NCBI GenBank assembly: GCA_937902105.1
Contig: CALGTP010000696.1
Coordinates: 1,209-65,208 of the forward strand
Length of the DNA stretch: 64,000 nucleotides
DNA from: an uncultured Actinomycetes bacterium
GTDB taxonomy: Bacteria; Actinomycetota; Acidimicrobiia; Acidimicrobiales; Ilumatobacteraceae
Direction: 5' to 3'
Below are positions 62,886-64,000 of the stretch, one piece after another; within the stretch, counting starts at the first letter, position 1; each line of letters opens with the position of its first letter. The notes under the pieces are model-generated. The model ran no database searches. It was not told the DNA's origin and was given only the letters and a program-made list of their open reading frames with translations. Position numbers and translations under genes: made by a program.

Positions 62886-64000
62886 CTAACTACGAACTAA
62901 TGAACCTGGTCGTGCCCCAGTATCGGCATCATGACGGCGCGTGACTTGACCTTTCACCAGCGTCGCCAAATAGCCCTTGACGGGCTGAATCAGACGAGTC
63001 CCACCTGCAGGCAGATCATGAAATGCCTTGGGTGGCGAGACCGTAAGATTTTCAAAGTCAATGACATTGATATCGGCGCGCAGTCCCACTGCGAGACGGC
63101 CGCGATCGTTCAAACCGTATAAATCTGCGTTACGGCTCGTCTGTTTCGCCACCAAGAACTCCAACGGGATGCGCTCACCGAGATGACGATCACGAGCCCA
63201 GAATGTCAATTGGGTTGTCGGCATCGTGGCATCACAGATGAGGGTCACATGCGCTCCGGCATCAGAGAGACCAGTCACAGTTTCTGGGTGCATCAGCATC
63301 TTGCGCAAAACCTCTTGGCTTTCATGCACGTTTGCTCCACCCATCAGGGCGCACATCGCGGCACCGTTTTGCTCAAGCATGTAGTCGTACAACAAACTCA
63401 AAACATTTTCGCCCGTGGATGCTGCCCGCGAACCGAGCATGTTTGACGGGTCTGGTTCGTAATCAACTGGGTCTGCGAGCGGGTACATGAAACCTGCCGC
63501 GTTTTGGAAGAGTTGATACATGTTGGCCATCGAACCCGGTTGGTCAACAGGCACATCACCTTCAGACATGATGGCGGCTTTGACTTCTGGCTTGGCCATT
63601 TCTCGCGCTCGCTCAGCCAAAGATAAATGCGTCAACTTCATGTACGTAGGTCGACGCTGGAATGCGTGATAGCCCGACAACCCCGATGCCAATCCGATCG
63701 GCCGTGATGGAACTTGCGGAAACAACTGCGCCCCTGTTTGATTAGCGGTGACGACCATTTCCAGCAGCCGTTCCCAAGTATCTGGGGCATAGTCGGGTGA
63801 CTGCACCAAAGTAAATGTGACCTTGCGTCCACTTTGGCGAGAAAAATCAGCCATCAATGTCAGTTCGGCTTCAGGAGTTGTGCGTTCTCCACCCAGGCCT
63901 TCCAATTTGCCGACAGTTCCCGCGGGAATCATTTCAAAAACACCCCGCCCCGCTTTTCGCATGGCTTGTGCGATCGCTGAAAGTTCTTGATCAGGGGCAA
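62886..64000 (-). CDS. Amidohydrolase, N-acyl-D-amino-acid deacylase (D-aminoacylase) family; N-terminus lies outside the window
   Basis: The C-terminal part ...SDAGAH.....DA..PT..L..W.RDR..., ...GRL..G..ADI.V.DF..L and ...DLPAGG.RL.Q...G...T.V.G is typical of this family. The frame stays open upstream of the listed Met (63962) to the window edge (...APDQELSAIAQAMRK...), so the CDS is partial. Confidence 0.8.
   Translation of the reverse strand, partial: APDQELSAIAQAMRKAGRGVFEMIPAGTVGKLEGLGGERTTPEAELTLMADFSRQSGRKVTFTLVQSPDYAPDTWERLLEMVVTANQTGAQLFPQVPSRPIGLASGLSGYHAFQRRPTYMKLTHLSLAERAREMAKPEVKAAIMSEGDVPVDQPGSMANMYQLFQNAAGFMYPLADPVDYEPDPSNMLGSRAASTGENVLSLLYDYMLEQNGAAMCALMGGANVHESQEVLRKMLMHPETVTGLSDAGAHVTLICDATMPTTQLTFWARDRHLGERIPLEFLVAKQTSRNADLYGLNDRGRLAVGLRADINVIDFENLTVSPPKAFHDLPAGGTRLIQPVKGYLATLVKGQVTRRHDADTGARPGSLVRS

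Noticed and set aside
1-64000. CRISPR arrays, rRNA genes, IS elements or transposases, integrases, prophage genes and toxin-antitoxin pairs.
   Set aside because: I noticed no regularly spaced repeats, no rRNA-like segments and no transposase, integrase or phage signature motifs in any listed ORF. The SRPBCC protein (17369-17809) resembles the fold of RatA-type toxins but has no antitoxin-like partner and sits in a conserved glucokinase neighbourhood.

Overview
This is a 64-kb chromosomal segment from an actinobacterium (Actinomycetota) of moderate GC content, read by eye. The gene order is the classical actinobacterial one. It starts with the dcw cluster (mraZ-rsmH) at the left edge, followed by mtrA-mtrB-lpqB. 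A long minus-strand block follows: tig-clpP-clpX / folC-ndk-mreB-mreC-mreD-mrdA-rodA / rne-rplU-rpmA-obg-proB. From about 1 to 45.2 kb the window is densely packed core genome, covering cell envelope, central carbon kinases, protein quality control and ribosomal proteins. Many start/stop overlaps of 1 or 4 nt (ATGA, GTGA, TGATG) point to translationally coupled operons. After tig, at about 45.2 kb, the content switches to accessory, regulatory and catabolic genes. These include two TetR regulators, a hybrid histidine kinase with a REC-EAL regulator, redox enzymes, an arylsulfatase with aromatic ring-cleavage-type genes, two MFS transporters, a tandem NTF2-like protein and a D-aminoacylase-type amidohydrolase. 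The most notable structure is a ~6.5-kb segment (52415-58987) bounded by an exact 18-bp direct repeat. One repeat copy lies inside a truncated tRNA-Arg(CCU)-like 3' fragment. The segment starts with a gene remnant and carries arylsulfatase, FAH-family, single-domain extradiol dioxygenase, TetR and MhpA-like hydroxylase genes. I interpret it as an integrase-less genomic islet encoding a possible sulfated-phenolic degradation route; this is a hypothesis. Other points worth a second look:
- nested inverted repeats in the leader of a secreted 4xPG-binding/M23 peptidase
- Thr/Ser homopolymer-like tracts inside that peptidase and, unusually, inside MreC
- a ~390-nt region upstream of rne with a hairpin next to the RBS
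- a minimal (~200 aa) LpqB
- a single clpP, and no valS between clpX and folC

I recognised no rRNA, intact tRNA, CRISPR array, transposase, integrase or obvious defence system. All calls rest on motif recognition in the supplied translations and manual reading of the DNA; no database search was possible.
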